Source: a virus
Direction: 5' to 3' (one strand)
Virus genome (UHGV): UHGV-0385690
Length of the DNA: 41,916 nt
Positions within the stretch are counted from its first letter, which is position 1. Every line of letters begins with the position of its first letter. The notes under the pieces were generated by a model. It was not told the origin of the DNA, did no database searches, and saw only the letters and a program-made list of their open reading frames with translations. Positions 25,672 through 35,396 of this stretch are shown here, one piece after another. The position numbers and the translations under genes are program-made.

Positions 25672-27015
25672 ATGGCATCTGTAAGAAAAAAGAACAATGG
25701 TTATGAGGTTACTGTTAGTGATGGATATGATTCTAACGGTAAGAAAGTCACTGTAAGCAGGACTTTTATCCCCGAACCAAATTGGAATGAAAAAAGAGTT
25801 CAAAAGGAATTAGAAAAATTCAAGGTTGAGTTAGAGAACCGGGTTAAACACGGTGATAATGTCAAGGCAGATAAAATAACCATTGAAAAATTATCAGCCG
25901 ACTTCCTGACAGATATGAAGCCGCCTGAACTCTCTCATACCACATATGAATCTTATAAAAAAATCATAGAACAGCGCATTATCCCACACATAGGCCAGGA
26001 ACGCATTACACGGGTTAATGGTCATACTGCAAAAATGTTTGAAGATGCTGTCAGATCCGAAGGGAGACTTGATAAAAGAAAGGGGCCTATCTCAGAGCAG
26101 ACTATCAAGCGAATGACTTTAGTTTTGAGCGCCATGCTCTCCTATGCGGTAAGCCTTGGGTGGCTTTCCATGAACCCACTTATTTTTTCCGGTAAACAGC
26201 GCAGGAAGCAGACCAAAAAGAAAGAATACGAGGTTGCGTATCTTTCTATAGAGCAGGTAAAAAAATTCCTTTGGATTCTGGATAATCCGGTTAAAATACG
26301 TCGGAAGGCTCATGTTTCCAAGCGCGGAAATAAGGCGATTGAAACAAAAGAATATTTTCAAGACTGGCAGTTAGATACAAAATGGCGCTTTTTCTTTTAC
26401 CTCTCCTTGTTTACAGGTGACAGAAGGGGCGAGAACATATCCCTTACCTGGGATAGCATTGATTTTGAAAAATGTACTGTATCCATCTCAAAATCAACAG
26501 CTAAAACTGAGGATGGAGTATTATTAAAAGATACTAAGACTCATGCGAGCCGTGTCACGGTCGTTCCGCCCTTTGTCATGCAGGTAGGCAAGGAGCTTCT
26601 GGCAGAGCAAAAAAGAATCTGCCTGTCCCTCGGCGATAAGTGGCAAGGCTATCGTGGCCGGAGCTTCAGCAAAAATTTCGTATTTACATCCTGGGATGGT
26701 TCCCAGATGCATCTGGACAGCCCTAGAAGGGAATTTAAACGGCTTATACGTATCTATAATGAAAATGTATCCACCGGTGAAGATGACAGGCTTCCTGAGG
26801 CTGCTACGCTTCACAGCCTACGTCATACAACGGCCTCTATACTTATATCAAATAACATGGATCCACAATCAGTTGCCGGTATTCTGGGACATGCTAAGTC
26901 TACTACTACTTTGAATATATATTCGTACTTTTTCAAATCCAAGAATCAGGAAGCAGCCAATATTATGGAGAATGTTTTACTCAATCCTACTGAAAAAACA
27001 TCAATAGTAGGATGA
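25672..27015 (+). CDS. int: tyrosine integrase
   Basis: MASVRKKNNGYEV start with a GGAGG RBS. C-terminal LRHTTASILISNNMDPQSVAGILGHAKSTTTLNIYSY (HxxR ... Y). Lies adjacent to the att core. Confidence 0.85.
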   Translation: MASVRKKNNGYEVTVSDGYDSNGKKVTVSRTFIPEPNWNEKRVQKELEKFKVELENRVKHGDNVKADKITIEKLSADFLTDMKPPELSHTTYESYKKIIEQRIIPHIGQERITRVNGHTAKMFEDAVRSEGRLDKRKGPISEQTIKRMTLVLSAMLSYAVSLGWLSMNPLIFSGKQRRKQTKKKEYEVAYLSIEQVKKFLWILDNPVKIRRKAHVSKRGNKAIETKEYFQDWQLDTKWRFFFYLSLFTGDRRGENISLTWDSIDFEKCTVSISKSTAKTEDGVLLKDTKTHASRVTVVPPFVMQVGKELLAEQKRICLSLGDKWQGYRGRSFSKNFVFTSWDGSQMHLDSPRREFKRLIRIYNENVSTGEDDRLPEAATLHSLRHTTASILISNNMDPQSVAGILGHAKSTTTLNIYSYFFKSKNQEAANIMENVLLNPTEKTSIVG

Positions 27016-27024
27016 TAGTAGGAT
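27005..27024 (+). repeat. arm-type repeat pair TAGTAGGAT-n2-TAGTAGGAT (11-bp phasing), left arm of attP
   Basis: Same 9-mer pair recurs at 27267..27286 in the same orientation, on the other side of the tRNA-fragment core. Confidence 0.55.
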
Positions 27025-27029
27025 ATCAA

Positions 27030-27068
27030 AAAGAAAAGAACCCCTATCGGAGTTCTTTTCTTTTTGAC
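27030..27068. terminator. hairpin gaaaagaac-n10-gttcttttc followed by a T-run, after int
   Basis: Perfect 9-bp stem. Confidence 0.5.
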
Positions 27069-27104
27069 TATACTTGTTTTTCCTTGTGAAACCGTACTTT
27101 TTCT

Positions 27105-27150
27105 ATCAAGCCACTGGCCGGACTCGAACCGGCGACCCACGCATTACGAA
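27105..27150 (-). other. attP core: 3'-terminal about 45 nt of a tRNA gene (T-arm GCCGG-TTCGAGT-CCGGC plus acceptor 3' strand CAGTGGC-T), with no 5' half
   Basis: Minus strand reads cgtaatgcgtgGGTCGCCGGTTCGAGTCCGGCCAGTGGCT. No complementary 5' acceptor strand is found upstream. Flanked by the AT-rich region 27151..27265 and by arm repeats. Confidence 0.6.
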
Positions 27151-27266
27151 AATCTATTTTAAGTTTGAATGATTATCATTTTCTCTTATTTTTCCTTAAA
27201 ATACGTTGTTTTTCATGCTTTAATTTTTTCTATTTTTCATTCTTTTTTGCTTTGTTTTAATTTGTG

Positions 27267-27286
27267 TAGTAGGATTTTAGTAGGAT
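27267..27286 (+). repeat. arm-type repeat pair TAGTAGGAT-n2-TAGTAGGAT, right arm of attP
   Basis: See the left-arm entry. Confidence 0.55.
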
Positions 27287-27350
27287 ATGGGTCACCGGCT
27301 AACGGTTTACTATGGGGGTGCGCATCGCTTTTATATTTATACATTTTACA

Positions 27351-30300
27351 CTATTGCTTCTTTGCATTCTCATCTCTCTCTCTTTCTTTAGCCGCTTTTC
27401 TCCAGCTTGAATAATCAGTTCCGCTGTATATATTTTTTCCGTCCACCCTCAGTACATTTAATTTTGCCTGGATTGCTTCATATTCTTTACGGTTTCCCTC
27501 CAGATATGCTGCTATCCATTTTTCTTTATAGGACCGCGTAATGGATGACTTAATGCTACTTATGGCCTCTGACTTTGTTTTCCCGGCTTTGGTTTTGCTG
27601 TCTATGATTTCAGCCGATATCGCTTTAAAGGCATCCAGGCTCTTCACTGTATTGTCTACTTTCTCAACTGCTCCGAGGATATCTCTGGAAGAGTAAATGC
27701 TCCACTCTTCTTCGTCTTTTTCCCCAGTCAGTATCTCACCATACAGTTCATCCGGATCCGTTTTCGCCTCTGCCTCCCAGTCTATCTCTTCCCCTGTACT
27801 GAGCTGATTGATTCTGGAATCAACCACGGAAGTTACCAGTTTTCCGGCATATCCTTCTGCGATTAGTTCACCAACAGCCGCTTTGTATGCTTCTGTATCA
27901 GCTTCCATTTTGGCCTGTGCTGCGGTTTCAATCCTTGGGTCTATATAATCTTTTGATATAAGTTCTCCTTTTATGAGGGACTTAATTTTATTGCTTATGG
28001 TTTCATTGTCGAACTCCGCTTTGTTTAAATCGGTCTTGATCCGCTTCTGGAGAGCCTTATCACCGTTTCTTTGGGCTTCGATCATCATTCCTGCGTATAG
28101 ATTCAAGTTATCTTTGCTTCCTATGGCATATTTTTGCTTTAACCACGTATAGTCTACTGAATCGCTCCCATGCTCATTAATAACAGTATCTACAATCGCT
28201 CTTAAATCCCTAGTTGCACTTTTTACTGGTGAACCAAACAGTTTACTACCACTCTGAATCACGTCTATTATAACCGCTTGTGGTGTTAAGCTGCTTTCTC
28301 CATCAGCAAGCTTTTTCACCCGGTTTAAAGCCCTGGCTAAATCCTGATAAGCAGCAACATCTGGGCGGTTTGGGGTGTATCCATCAATTAATATTCCGTA
28401 CGCATCTTTTACATAAGGGATACTGTTTATTAGATTCATATTGTCTTTGAAATTCCCCCATACATTATCCCAATATTTTTCTATCCATTTCTTATCCCTA
28501 TCATCATCTCTCATTGCATCCTGGATTGCTGCGGCCATTGATGTAACCAGGGCAGCTGCGGTATATACAGCGACCGCTTTAGCCATACGGCCTTTGGCGC
28601 CTTTCTTCCCTACGGCAACATCAGAGGCAGCTCGATAGAGCATATTATATGTTTTAAGTGGTTCCGCCATGAATGCAGTCAACATCTTATCCGAATCACG
28701 TTCGCTTCTCATAATCTGGGTTCTGTGCAGTACTGAATCCACTACCTGTGTTTTGTCAATAACCTCGCTGAATCGTTTCCCTACCTCAGCATAAAACGCT
28801 TCGGTACCAACAGACAGATCCGGGTGTCTGTCCATACATTCAAACTCACATGCTCTCCACAGCCTATTCCATGCGAGCTTATCACCTTTTTCAGCGAATA
28901 TCATAAATGCATTATTGATTTTCTGCGTTTTACTATCTGTCTGGAATAATACATCCTTTATCTGCCTGCTATTGTCCATACGATAGAATCCCCAGTCTTT
29001 CCACTGAGCAATTGGTGCGTATTTACACATAATGTCCCACTGGTCTTTCCTGGTCATCGTAAGCGCGCCTCTGCTCAAATACTTAGCATCTATTTCCATT
29101 GATGCTCTTATATAGGCTGTCGGTTGCTGCAAAGCTACTCTAATGTTACCCGCAACAGAAGCGACCTTCATATTTTGTGACAGTTTGTCCCAGAGATTCT
29201 TGTCTTTATTAAGGCTTCCGTTAATATCCGCTATCAACTTGTCAATATATTTGTTCCCTTCTTTTCCGTAGGTGCGCTCTATTTCCTCCTTTATACTTTT
29301 TCCATCTGCCGCGTTTCTCATATCCATATAATTGAATACTTTATTAAGGTCTGATAGAGGAATCACATAGGCATTGTATGTGCTCATTTGGTCCACTTGC
29401 CTCGAGTATACATCGAATATATCTTCAATCACGATAGGTTTATTCGCTTTTTCCACGGTACTTTTTGTGAATCCTAGGTTTTTGATAGTACTCTGCTGGT
29501 TTTTTAAGTTTCCCTGCTCCGTATGGATATGATTATCATATACTGTAATTGGAAAATAATTTCTCGCTGTATATTTCATATATCCGTACATCTGCATACT
29601 GACTTCATTTCCCCACGCTGCACAATCATCTCCCATAAATCGCTGCATCCCGTCGGCCAATGCCTTTTGTTCCGGCGTCAGAGTATTAATAATCCTTGCT
29701 ATATCTGCCTCTGTCACTTTGGTTTCTCTGTATGCCTTTTCTATTTTTGGCAATATCAGCTTTCCATCTTCGATACGCATTTTACCCGCCCTTGGAGCTG
29801 ATATAATGCCTCCCGTACGTTCATACATGTGAGTGCGCGCCTGGTTTCGCTTGTTCAATTCATATAATGACATTACTTGTGAAATAGTAAGCTCAATTGT
29901 CCCTCCAGACGTTTTATATTTACCCGGCTTTGCCTCTGGTCCAGTCCATTCTCTCAGCGTCTTATATGATATTCCATTATCCTTCAGCAACTTTTCCACA
30001 TGGTCCTGTGCATTCTTAAGTTTTATTGTCTTTTTGTCCAGCCCTTCCCGAAGGGAATTGTAAAGAGATTTGAAGTTATCACCCAGTTTTCCAAACATAG
30101 TCTGTGCATCCAGCATATCATAATTCAACATTTTATCAGCCGGCCCGATTACTCCCAGATATTCTGAGTGGTTCTTTCGGTCCTGTAAATCGTCAAATAC
30201 GCCTTCCGCAAGAATGCTGAGTTGTCCGGAACGTTTGTTACTCTTTAAGGTGTTGGCCTCCGTGATTGCCTTTTTCATAGACAACACGACCTTTTTTAGT

Positions 30301-33300
30301 TCTTCCATATGGTAAACATCCAAGTTGTCCAGTTTTTCCACGCCTTCCGCTTTCTTTGCAATTGCTTCAATCCGCTCAACAAGGTCTGGGTCTATCTCCA
30401 TATAGAACTCTCTTCCATCCTTCCCACGAAGGATACCATCTTCCTTTATAATCTTTTCAAATGCATCCTTTGCATTCCTCCAAGCCGTGGTGCGCTGGGT
30501 AGGTATCCCGTTGTTATTCAGTTCATTAGATGAAAAATCAATATTGGAAAGGAATTCTGCCACAACGGTTCTAATTTCCTCCGGGATATGTTTTGTATCC
30601 GTGGGTTTTAACAGCCAAGTCTGCATTGTCTTTACTTCCTTCATGATTATTTTCTTGGCTTCCCTAGCTCTCTGATTCTCTCTCACTCGTTTTGTCTGAT
30701 CACGGTTTTTCTGCTGCATTGCCGCCAGAGCCTGATTCTTTTCATTTCTGAGGTCATCCATCTTCTTTTTATAATATTCCTTCTGTTCCCTCTGCTGGGT
30801 TGCCGTCAGATTTTTATACGCATTAGCAAGCTTTTGAATCTCCTGTATATTCTCCCTACGAACCCGGTATAGATTGTCCTCATACTGCTTTTTCAGATTG
30901 TTCTTATACTCCCTCATTTTCTGAGAGTACTCCCGCCTCACCTTCTGTATCTCCGCCTCTTTACGGTCCGCGAATGTAGGTTTTTCCTGACGTACGTCAA
31001 AGTAAGATTGCAAGATATCCTGCCCTACCATATAGGCCATTTCATCCAGGTTGGCCTTATACGGATTTTGTACCTGTATTTCGGTCTGTTCCAGCGCATC
31101 CGCGATGGCAACTAGCTGGTCGGCCGGATGGGTAATATCTTCCGGGAATAATTCCGGATGTAGTGCTGACAATTCTTGATACAAGCTGTCTACCGGTATT
31201 CCATCGTTTCCCAATTTCATCCTGCCAAAATTACGCTTCCTAAATTCGTTATATCCGCCCGATACCGCCATGTCTGCCTTGTCCTGTTCAGAAATCTTAA
31301 TCTTGGTATTTTTTATCTGGTTTCTGACATCCTTATACTGTTGTGTCATTTCCGTATCAACCTGCCTGGATTGCTTTAGGATGCCCTTTGCAATACTCGT
31401 GGCGGCTTCTGTTAACTGGGCGCTGTCCACATGTTCGGCACTTCGGATATATCCATACAACTTATCCAGATTTTTTATAAGTGTTTCTGGTTTGTAGGTG
31501 CTGTTATATTCTCCAAGCAGTCCTTTTGCCACTTTTTCCACATCACGCTGCCTTACCTCGTTTTTGGGGGTAAGCGTAAATTGTTTTTCAAGGAGTTTAT
31601 TAGCATCTCTCAAAGCCTGATTTTCATCCAGTAACGCCTCTATATGTCTATCTGTTTCTGCTCTATCTACATCTTCCAACTGTAATCTTATTTTCTCCGG
31701 CTGGTTTTCACCGTTGACATCCATAAGTTTATTGAGTATACTGTAGATAGGCGGAAGAGTGTAAGTGTCGCTCCGTGTTTTGCCTCCTTGGAGGTCCGGG
31801 GTCTTGAACGGCATAACACTCTCCGCCTTTGTTGTGTGTACTTCATGCAGATACATTTTATTATCATCTAACAATTTCACAACTGCCAATCCATAATATT
31901 TCCCAGCATACTTTCCCTCAGAAATATTTACCTTAGCTCCTATCACGGCTGAATCATAACCCCTGTTTTTCCAGTTCTTTTTATAGTCCAATACATAGCC
32001 GTTTTTCAATATATCCGGAACAGCTGCAAATGTAATTGCCTTTGCCCGTCCTACTCCATGGCCTATATCATCCTTTACGCTATCTCTATCAAGATATATG
32101 TCTCCTACTACTTCATTGTGCACTTTTCCTCCGATTGACTTATAAAAATCAGAAACTTGGGTTACAAGGTCTTTCTCGCCCTTTTCAAATTCGTTTCCTG
32201 ATAAATCCGCTACCGAATCCATTTCTCTGACCTTTTCATAATTCTCTTCAATGTTTTCATCTGTCACCAATTCTGGTTTTTCCAAGGCGTACTGTTCCTT
32301 CTGCCCCTCTGCCTGTCCCTGTCTGTCTGCTTTGTATGTTTCGCTGGCGTCTGACAGTGCATGCATCCAGGCGTCTCTGGCATCCTCATAATATCTCAGG
32401 TCCTCTTCCAGTCCCTTTGCGGCTTCCCTGGTGCTTCCATTCTTCATCAGCTGTTTGATGGAATCAACCACATCACTCAGGAAATCCACGATTCTCTGTG
32501 CAATTGTTTTGTCCTTTTTGGCAATAGAATCAATGAATTTTGGATCATTAAAGAACTTCTGCGTGGCGTCCGCCACAACCTCATCCATGATTTCCTCCCG
32601 TGTCAACTCCTGTCCGGCCTCTGCGTACCTGTTTTCATAGCTCTCCATGAGGTTTTCCAAGGATGTGTTTTCCGATTTCATAACGGCTTCCACGGCTATC
32701 TCTGTATACAGCCTATATCCCTTTGGCGAATACTTCTTGATATGGTGTGTCAGTTCATGGGTAAGAGTTCCGTTGAAATCGTTGCTGTTAATGGAGATAG
32801 TGATTTCTCCATTTCCATAAGAGCCGGCCGCGTTGGTCTGTCCCAATCCATCCACCAGATTAATTTTTAAACCGGTCATCTTTCCTATATGCTCTGCCAC
32901 TTTACGCTGCGGTGTAGTTGCGCTTTCCGATACAGTTCCCAACCCTCCAGTCCTTAGGATTCCCTGGGGAACGGTTTTGGGCCGGCCGGTTTTCAGGTCT
33001 ATATTGTTGTCCGTGTTGTAATCCTGCGCGCCGGCTTTATATGCATCCACAAACTGTTCATTCGTTAGTACGCTCATAATGGCCGAGCGTTCTGCAATAT
33101 CCATGCTCACGTTATAGTAACCTGCATCGTAGGCACGCCCAAAAGCTTTATTGTAGGCAGACAGCTCAATGCTGCCGTCATATCCTTTCTGTAATGCCTC
33201 CTGGCCATTCTTCCCATATGGCTTTCTATATGCTTCTGTCTGATTCGGAACAGCCTGGCTGGCCACTGTTTGATTCACAGCCGGTTTCTGTGTTGGTTCC

Positions 33301-35384
33301 GTCTGGTTTTGAGCTTTGGTCGGCGCTTCCTCTGGCTCATTATACGGCTCGTATTCGGCTGTTTCGGGTTCGGTGTAAGTTTGTTCATCCGCTTCCGTTC
33401 CTGTGGCCTGCTGGCTATTCTGAGCGTTTTCCCTGGCTGCTTTTTCCTCGTTATGGCGCATGGTGTTTTCCATGAACTGCTGAAACCGTATCGCATACTC
33501 TGCCTTCTCGCGGTTAGAAACAAATTCCTTGTTGGCCTGTTTGGCCGCGTATTCCTCTGCCATTTGCTTCAGCTTAGATGCTTCCTGATAATCTGCCGGA
33601 TCTGCATAGCTTTCCGGCTTAATATCTGACAAGCCATTGACATAATCACGATAGTCTGGGTTGATGCTCTTTCCATACTGATTTTTAGCCCGATTGTTTG
33701 ATATGGCTCCAGGCGCATTCAGAATACCAGCGGTCAAGGCACCTAGTGCAAAATCTTCCCATGTCTGAGGGTCTTTAAGGTCTCCAGCAAGGTCCAGATT
33801 GTCTCCGTATATCATGCTCTTTCTGACGGATTCCGTCAGGTCCTGCACGGCCTCCTGAGTTCCTTCTGACAGCATATCACCACCATAATTAGCCGCCCCA
33901 AGGACTGCCCTACGGATTGCCGGATTTTTCGCCAAGGCATTTGATATGCCCTGTTTAGCCGCCTGGCCTACTTTACTGTTTTTTAATACCTTCCCTACGG
34001 CTCCGCCGCCATAGGCCGCGATACCGCCCAATAGCCAGTTGGTTACATATTCATCGGCGGCAGTAAGGGCCGCATTCATCTGGGCCCCCTCAACCGGACG
34101 CCCTTCCATGATATCCTGCCGATAAGTCTGACCTGCCATTTGAGCTGACATTATACCGCTTCCCAAAGCCCCCTTTGCCGCCCAAGCGGACAGTTTTCCA
34201 CCAAATTTTCCTATAGTTCCCGCGGCTCCAGCGCTTCCTGCGCCTCCCGTTGCCGCTGCAATTGCAATAGATGGAGCCAGGTTTCCAAGACCGGACGCAA
34301 GGTTGTAAGCTAATCTTTCAGCGCCTCCAGCCTGACTATTTAGCAGCTCCTGGTAATATTCGGATTCTGTGATGTTGTAGTCCGGCTGTCTGCCTAATAT
34401 TGCATCTGGCAGGTGTCCGATTCCTTTCACAGCGCTTTCCGCACCTATTCCAAATGATTTTCCAATATTGTACGGAACCTTCATGGGGTCTGGTACGGTC
34501 GTTTCGTCTCTGGTGTATTTATCCTGCGCGCTTCTCAGGTTGATTGTATCTTGCAGACTATCCAGGTATTTATCTGCCGCCTCCTTTCCGGCCTTTTCAA
34601 ATACATAATCATATGTATATCGCTCTCGCTCGGTCATAAGGGCATACTTCCGCAGCATATTATCGCTTTCCGAGCCTACTCCCATAGTTCTTTTTAGGGT
34701 TTTCTCCCGAATGTCCTCCTGGGTTGCCCCGTCTTTTCCCCACATCTTTTCCATTTGCCTGTATGCATCTTCTACTGGATTGGATGTTTTCTTCCAAAAT
34801 TGGGCGCGCTCCATCCATGAAGGGTCATTCGCTTTGGCTTTTTCAACGGTTTGGGCAAAGTCTGGTTCATTAGGCAGGTCAATGTATCGCTTAAACTGAT
34901 ATCCATCCTGATATCCTATTTTATTCAGTATTCTTTTTGCTGCTTCCCGCTCCTGTGCATCCTTTTTTCTTCTGGCAGTCGCTTCCCGTGTTCTTTCCTC
35001 AATTGCATCCCTATTTATTTCGTCCTGCATGATAGCTGCATAGGATGTTCCTCTGCTTTCGTGGTTTCCAGACAAATAAGAGGACAATATCGGCGTTTTG
35101 CTCTGCATCGTGCTTGTTGAATGCTGTATATGCTCTTTGTCGCTACGCTCTCCGTCCATCTGTTTTGGTATCTTCTGCGTAGCAGCCCCCAGACGTTCCC
35201 GTCTTCTTCGAAATATCTCTACCGGTGACATTCCAGTATCTTCCGAAACATCTCCCTCCTGATTAATTGCCTGTCTTCTTCTCTCAAAAATCCTTGCCGC
35301 TGCGCTGACCTTCTCTTCTTCTCCATCTTCCTTTAAGGATGATATAGTCATATTGTACCTATCATAGTTTTTCCTTGTTGACAT
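27351..35384 (-). CDS. giant (2677 aa) virion-associated multidomain protein: glycine-rich hydrophobic segment (aa about 360-560), DUF4157-like HExxH zincin motif, long coiled-coil regions (tape-measure-like, ejection or polyvalent protein)
   Basis: Single uninterrupted ORF with an AAAGGAGAA RBS. Tape-measure-like Gly zipper GLGNLAPSIAIAAATGGAGSAGAAGTIGKFGG...GGIAAYGGGAVGKV. Motif GNGEITISINSNDFNGTLTHELTHHI. Confidence 0.6.
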   Translation of the reverse strand: MSTRKNYDRYNMTISSLKEDGEEEKVSAAARIFERRRQAINQEGDVSEDTGMSPVEIFRRRRERLGAATQKIPKQMDGERSDKEHIQHSTSTMQSKTPILSSYLSGNHESRGTSYAAIMQDEINRDAIEERTREATARRKKDAQEREAAKRILNKIGYQDGYQFKRYIDLPNEPDFAQTVEKAKANDPSWMERAQFWKKTSNPVEDAYRQMEKMWGKDGATQEDIREKTLKRTMGVGSESDNMLRKYALMTERERYTYDYVFEKAGKEAADKYLDSLQDTINLRSAQDKYTRDETTVPDPMKVPYNIGKSFGIGAESAVKGIGHLPDAILGRQPDYNITESEYYQELLNSQAGGAERLAYNLASGLGNLAPSIAIAAATGGAGSAGAAGTIGKFGGKLSAWAAKGALGSGIMSAQMAGQTYRQDIMEGRPVEGAQMNAALTAADEYVTNWLLGGIAAYGGGAVGKVLKNSKVGQAAKQGISNALAKNPAIRRAVLGAANYGGDMLSEGTQEAVQDLTESVRKSMIYGDNLDLAGDLKDPQTWEDFALGALTAGILNAPGAISNNRAKNQYGKSINPDYRDYVNGLSDIKPESYADPADYQEASKLKQMAEEYAAKQANKEFVSNREKAEYAIRFQQFMENTMRHNEEKAARENAQNSQQATGTEADEQTYTEPETAEYEPYNEPEEAPTKAQNQTEPTQKPAVNQTVASQAVPNQTEAYRKPYGKNGQEALQKGYDGSIELSAYNKAFGRAYDAGYYNVSMDIAERSAIMSVLTNEQFVDAYKAGAQDYNTDNNIDLKTGRPKTVPQGILRTGGLGTVSESATTPQRKVAEHIGKMTGLKINLVDGLGQTNAAGSYGNGEITISINSNDFNGTLTHELTHHIKKYSPKGYRLYTEIAVEAVMKSENTSLENLMESYENRYAEAGQELTREEIMDEVVADATQKFFNDPKFIDSIAKKDKTIAQRIVDFLSDVVDSIKQLMKNGSTREAAKGLEEDLRYYEDARDAWMHALSDASETYKADRQGQAEGQKEQYALEKPELVTDENIEENYEKVREMDSVADLSGNEFEKGEKDLVTQVSDFYKSIGGKVHNEVVGDIYLDRDSVKDDIGHGVGRAKAITFAAVPDILKNGYVLDYKKNWKNRGYDSAVIGAKVNISEGKYAGKYYGLAVVKLLDDNKMYLHEVHTTKAESVMPFKTPDLQGGKTRSDTYTLPPIYSILNKLMDVNGENQPEKIRLQLEDVDRAETDRHIEALLDENQALRDANKLLEKQFTLTPKNEVRQRDVEKVAKGLLGEYNSTYKPETLIKNLDKLYGYIRSAEHVDSAQLTEAATSIAKGILKQSRQVDTEMTQQYKDVRNQIKNTKIKISEQDKADMAVSGGYNEFRKRNFGRMKLGNDGIPVDSLYQELSALHPELFPEDITHPADQLVAIADALEQTEIQVQNPYKANLDEMAYMVGQDILQSYFDVRQEKPTFADRKEAEIQKVRREYSQKMREYKNNLKKQYEDNLYRVRRENIQEIQKLANAYKNLTATQQREQKEYYKKKMDDLRNEKNQALAAMQQKNRDQTKRVRENQRAREAKKIIMKEVKTMQTWLLKPTDTKHIPEEIRTVVAEFLSNIDFSSNELNNNGIPTQRTTAWRNAKDAFEKIIKEDGILRGKDGREFYMEIDPDLVERIEAIAKKAEGVEKLDNLDVYHMEELKKVVLSMKKAITEANTLKSNKRSGQLSILAEGVFDDLQDRKNHSEYLGVIGPADKMLNYDMLDAQTMFGKLGDNFKSLYNSLREGLDKKTIKLKNAQDHVEKLLKDNGISYKTLREWTGPEAKPGKYKTSGGTIELTISQVMSLYELNKRNQARTHMYERTGGIISAPRAGKMRIEDGKLILPKIEKAYRETKVTEADIARIINTLTPEQKALADGMQRFMGDDCAAWGNEVSMQMYGYMKYTARNYFPITVYDNHIHTEQGNLKNQQSTIKNLGFTKSTVEKANKPIVIEDIFDVYSRQVDQMSTYNAYVIPLSDLNKVFNYMDMRNAADGKSIKEEIERTYGKEGNKYIDKLIADINGSLNKDKNLWDKLSQNMKVASVAGNIRVALQQPTAYIRASMEIDAKYLSRGALTMTRKDQWDIMCKYAPIAQWKDWGFYRMDNSRQIKDVLFQTDSKTQKINNAFMIFAEKGDKLAWNRLWRACEFECMDRHPDLSVGTEAFYAEVGKRFSEVIDKTQVVDSVLHRTQIMRSERDSDKMLTAFMAEPLKTYNMLYRAASDVAVGKKGAKGRMAKAVAVYTAAALVTSMAAAIQDAMRDDDRDKKWIEKYWDNVWGNFKDNMNLINSIPYVKDAYGILIDGYTPNRPDVAAYQDLARALNRVKKLADGESSLTPQAVIIDVIQSGSKLFGSPVKSATRDLRAIVDTVINEHGSDSVDYTWLKQKYAIGSKDNLNLYAGMMIEAQRNGDKALQKRIKTDLNKAEFDNETISNKIKSLIKGELISKDYIDPRIETAAQAKMEADTEAYKAAVGELIAEGYAGKLVTSVVDSRINQLSTGEEIDWEAEAKTDPDELYGEILTGEKDEEEWSIYSSRDILGAVEKVDNTVKSLDAFKAISAEIIDSKTKAGKTKSEAISSIKSSITRSYKEKWIAAYLEGNRKEYEAIQAKLNVLRVDGKNIYSGTDYSSWRKAAKERERDENAKKQ

Positions 35385-35396
35385 AATTTTCTCCTT

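Noticed and set aside
25636-27150. Tandem-prophage interpretation (orphan tRNA fragment as a junction between two integrated elements, with int belonging to a left-hand prophage)
   Set aside because: Both arm-repeat sets flank the core on one molecule, and the holin ORF closes the circle in frame. A single element with an intact attP explains the data more simply. It cannot be fully excluded without flanking sequence.
27169-27414. 81-aa plus-strand ORF in the AT-rich attP arm
   Set aside because: It is a low-complexity Phe/Leu-rich translation of the AT-rich attP P' arm. It overlaps the arm-type repeats and has no RBS.
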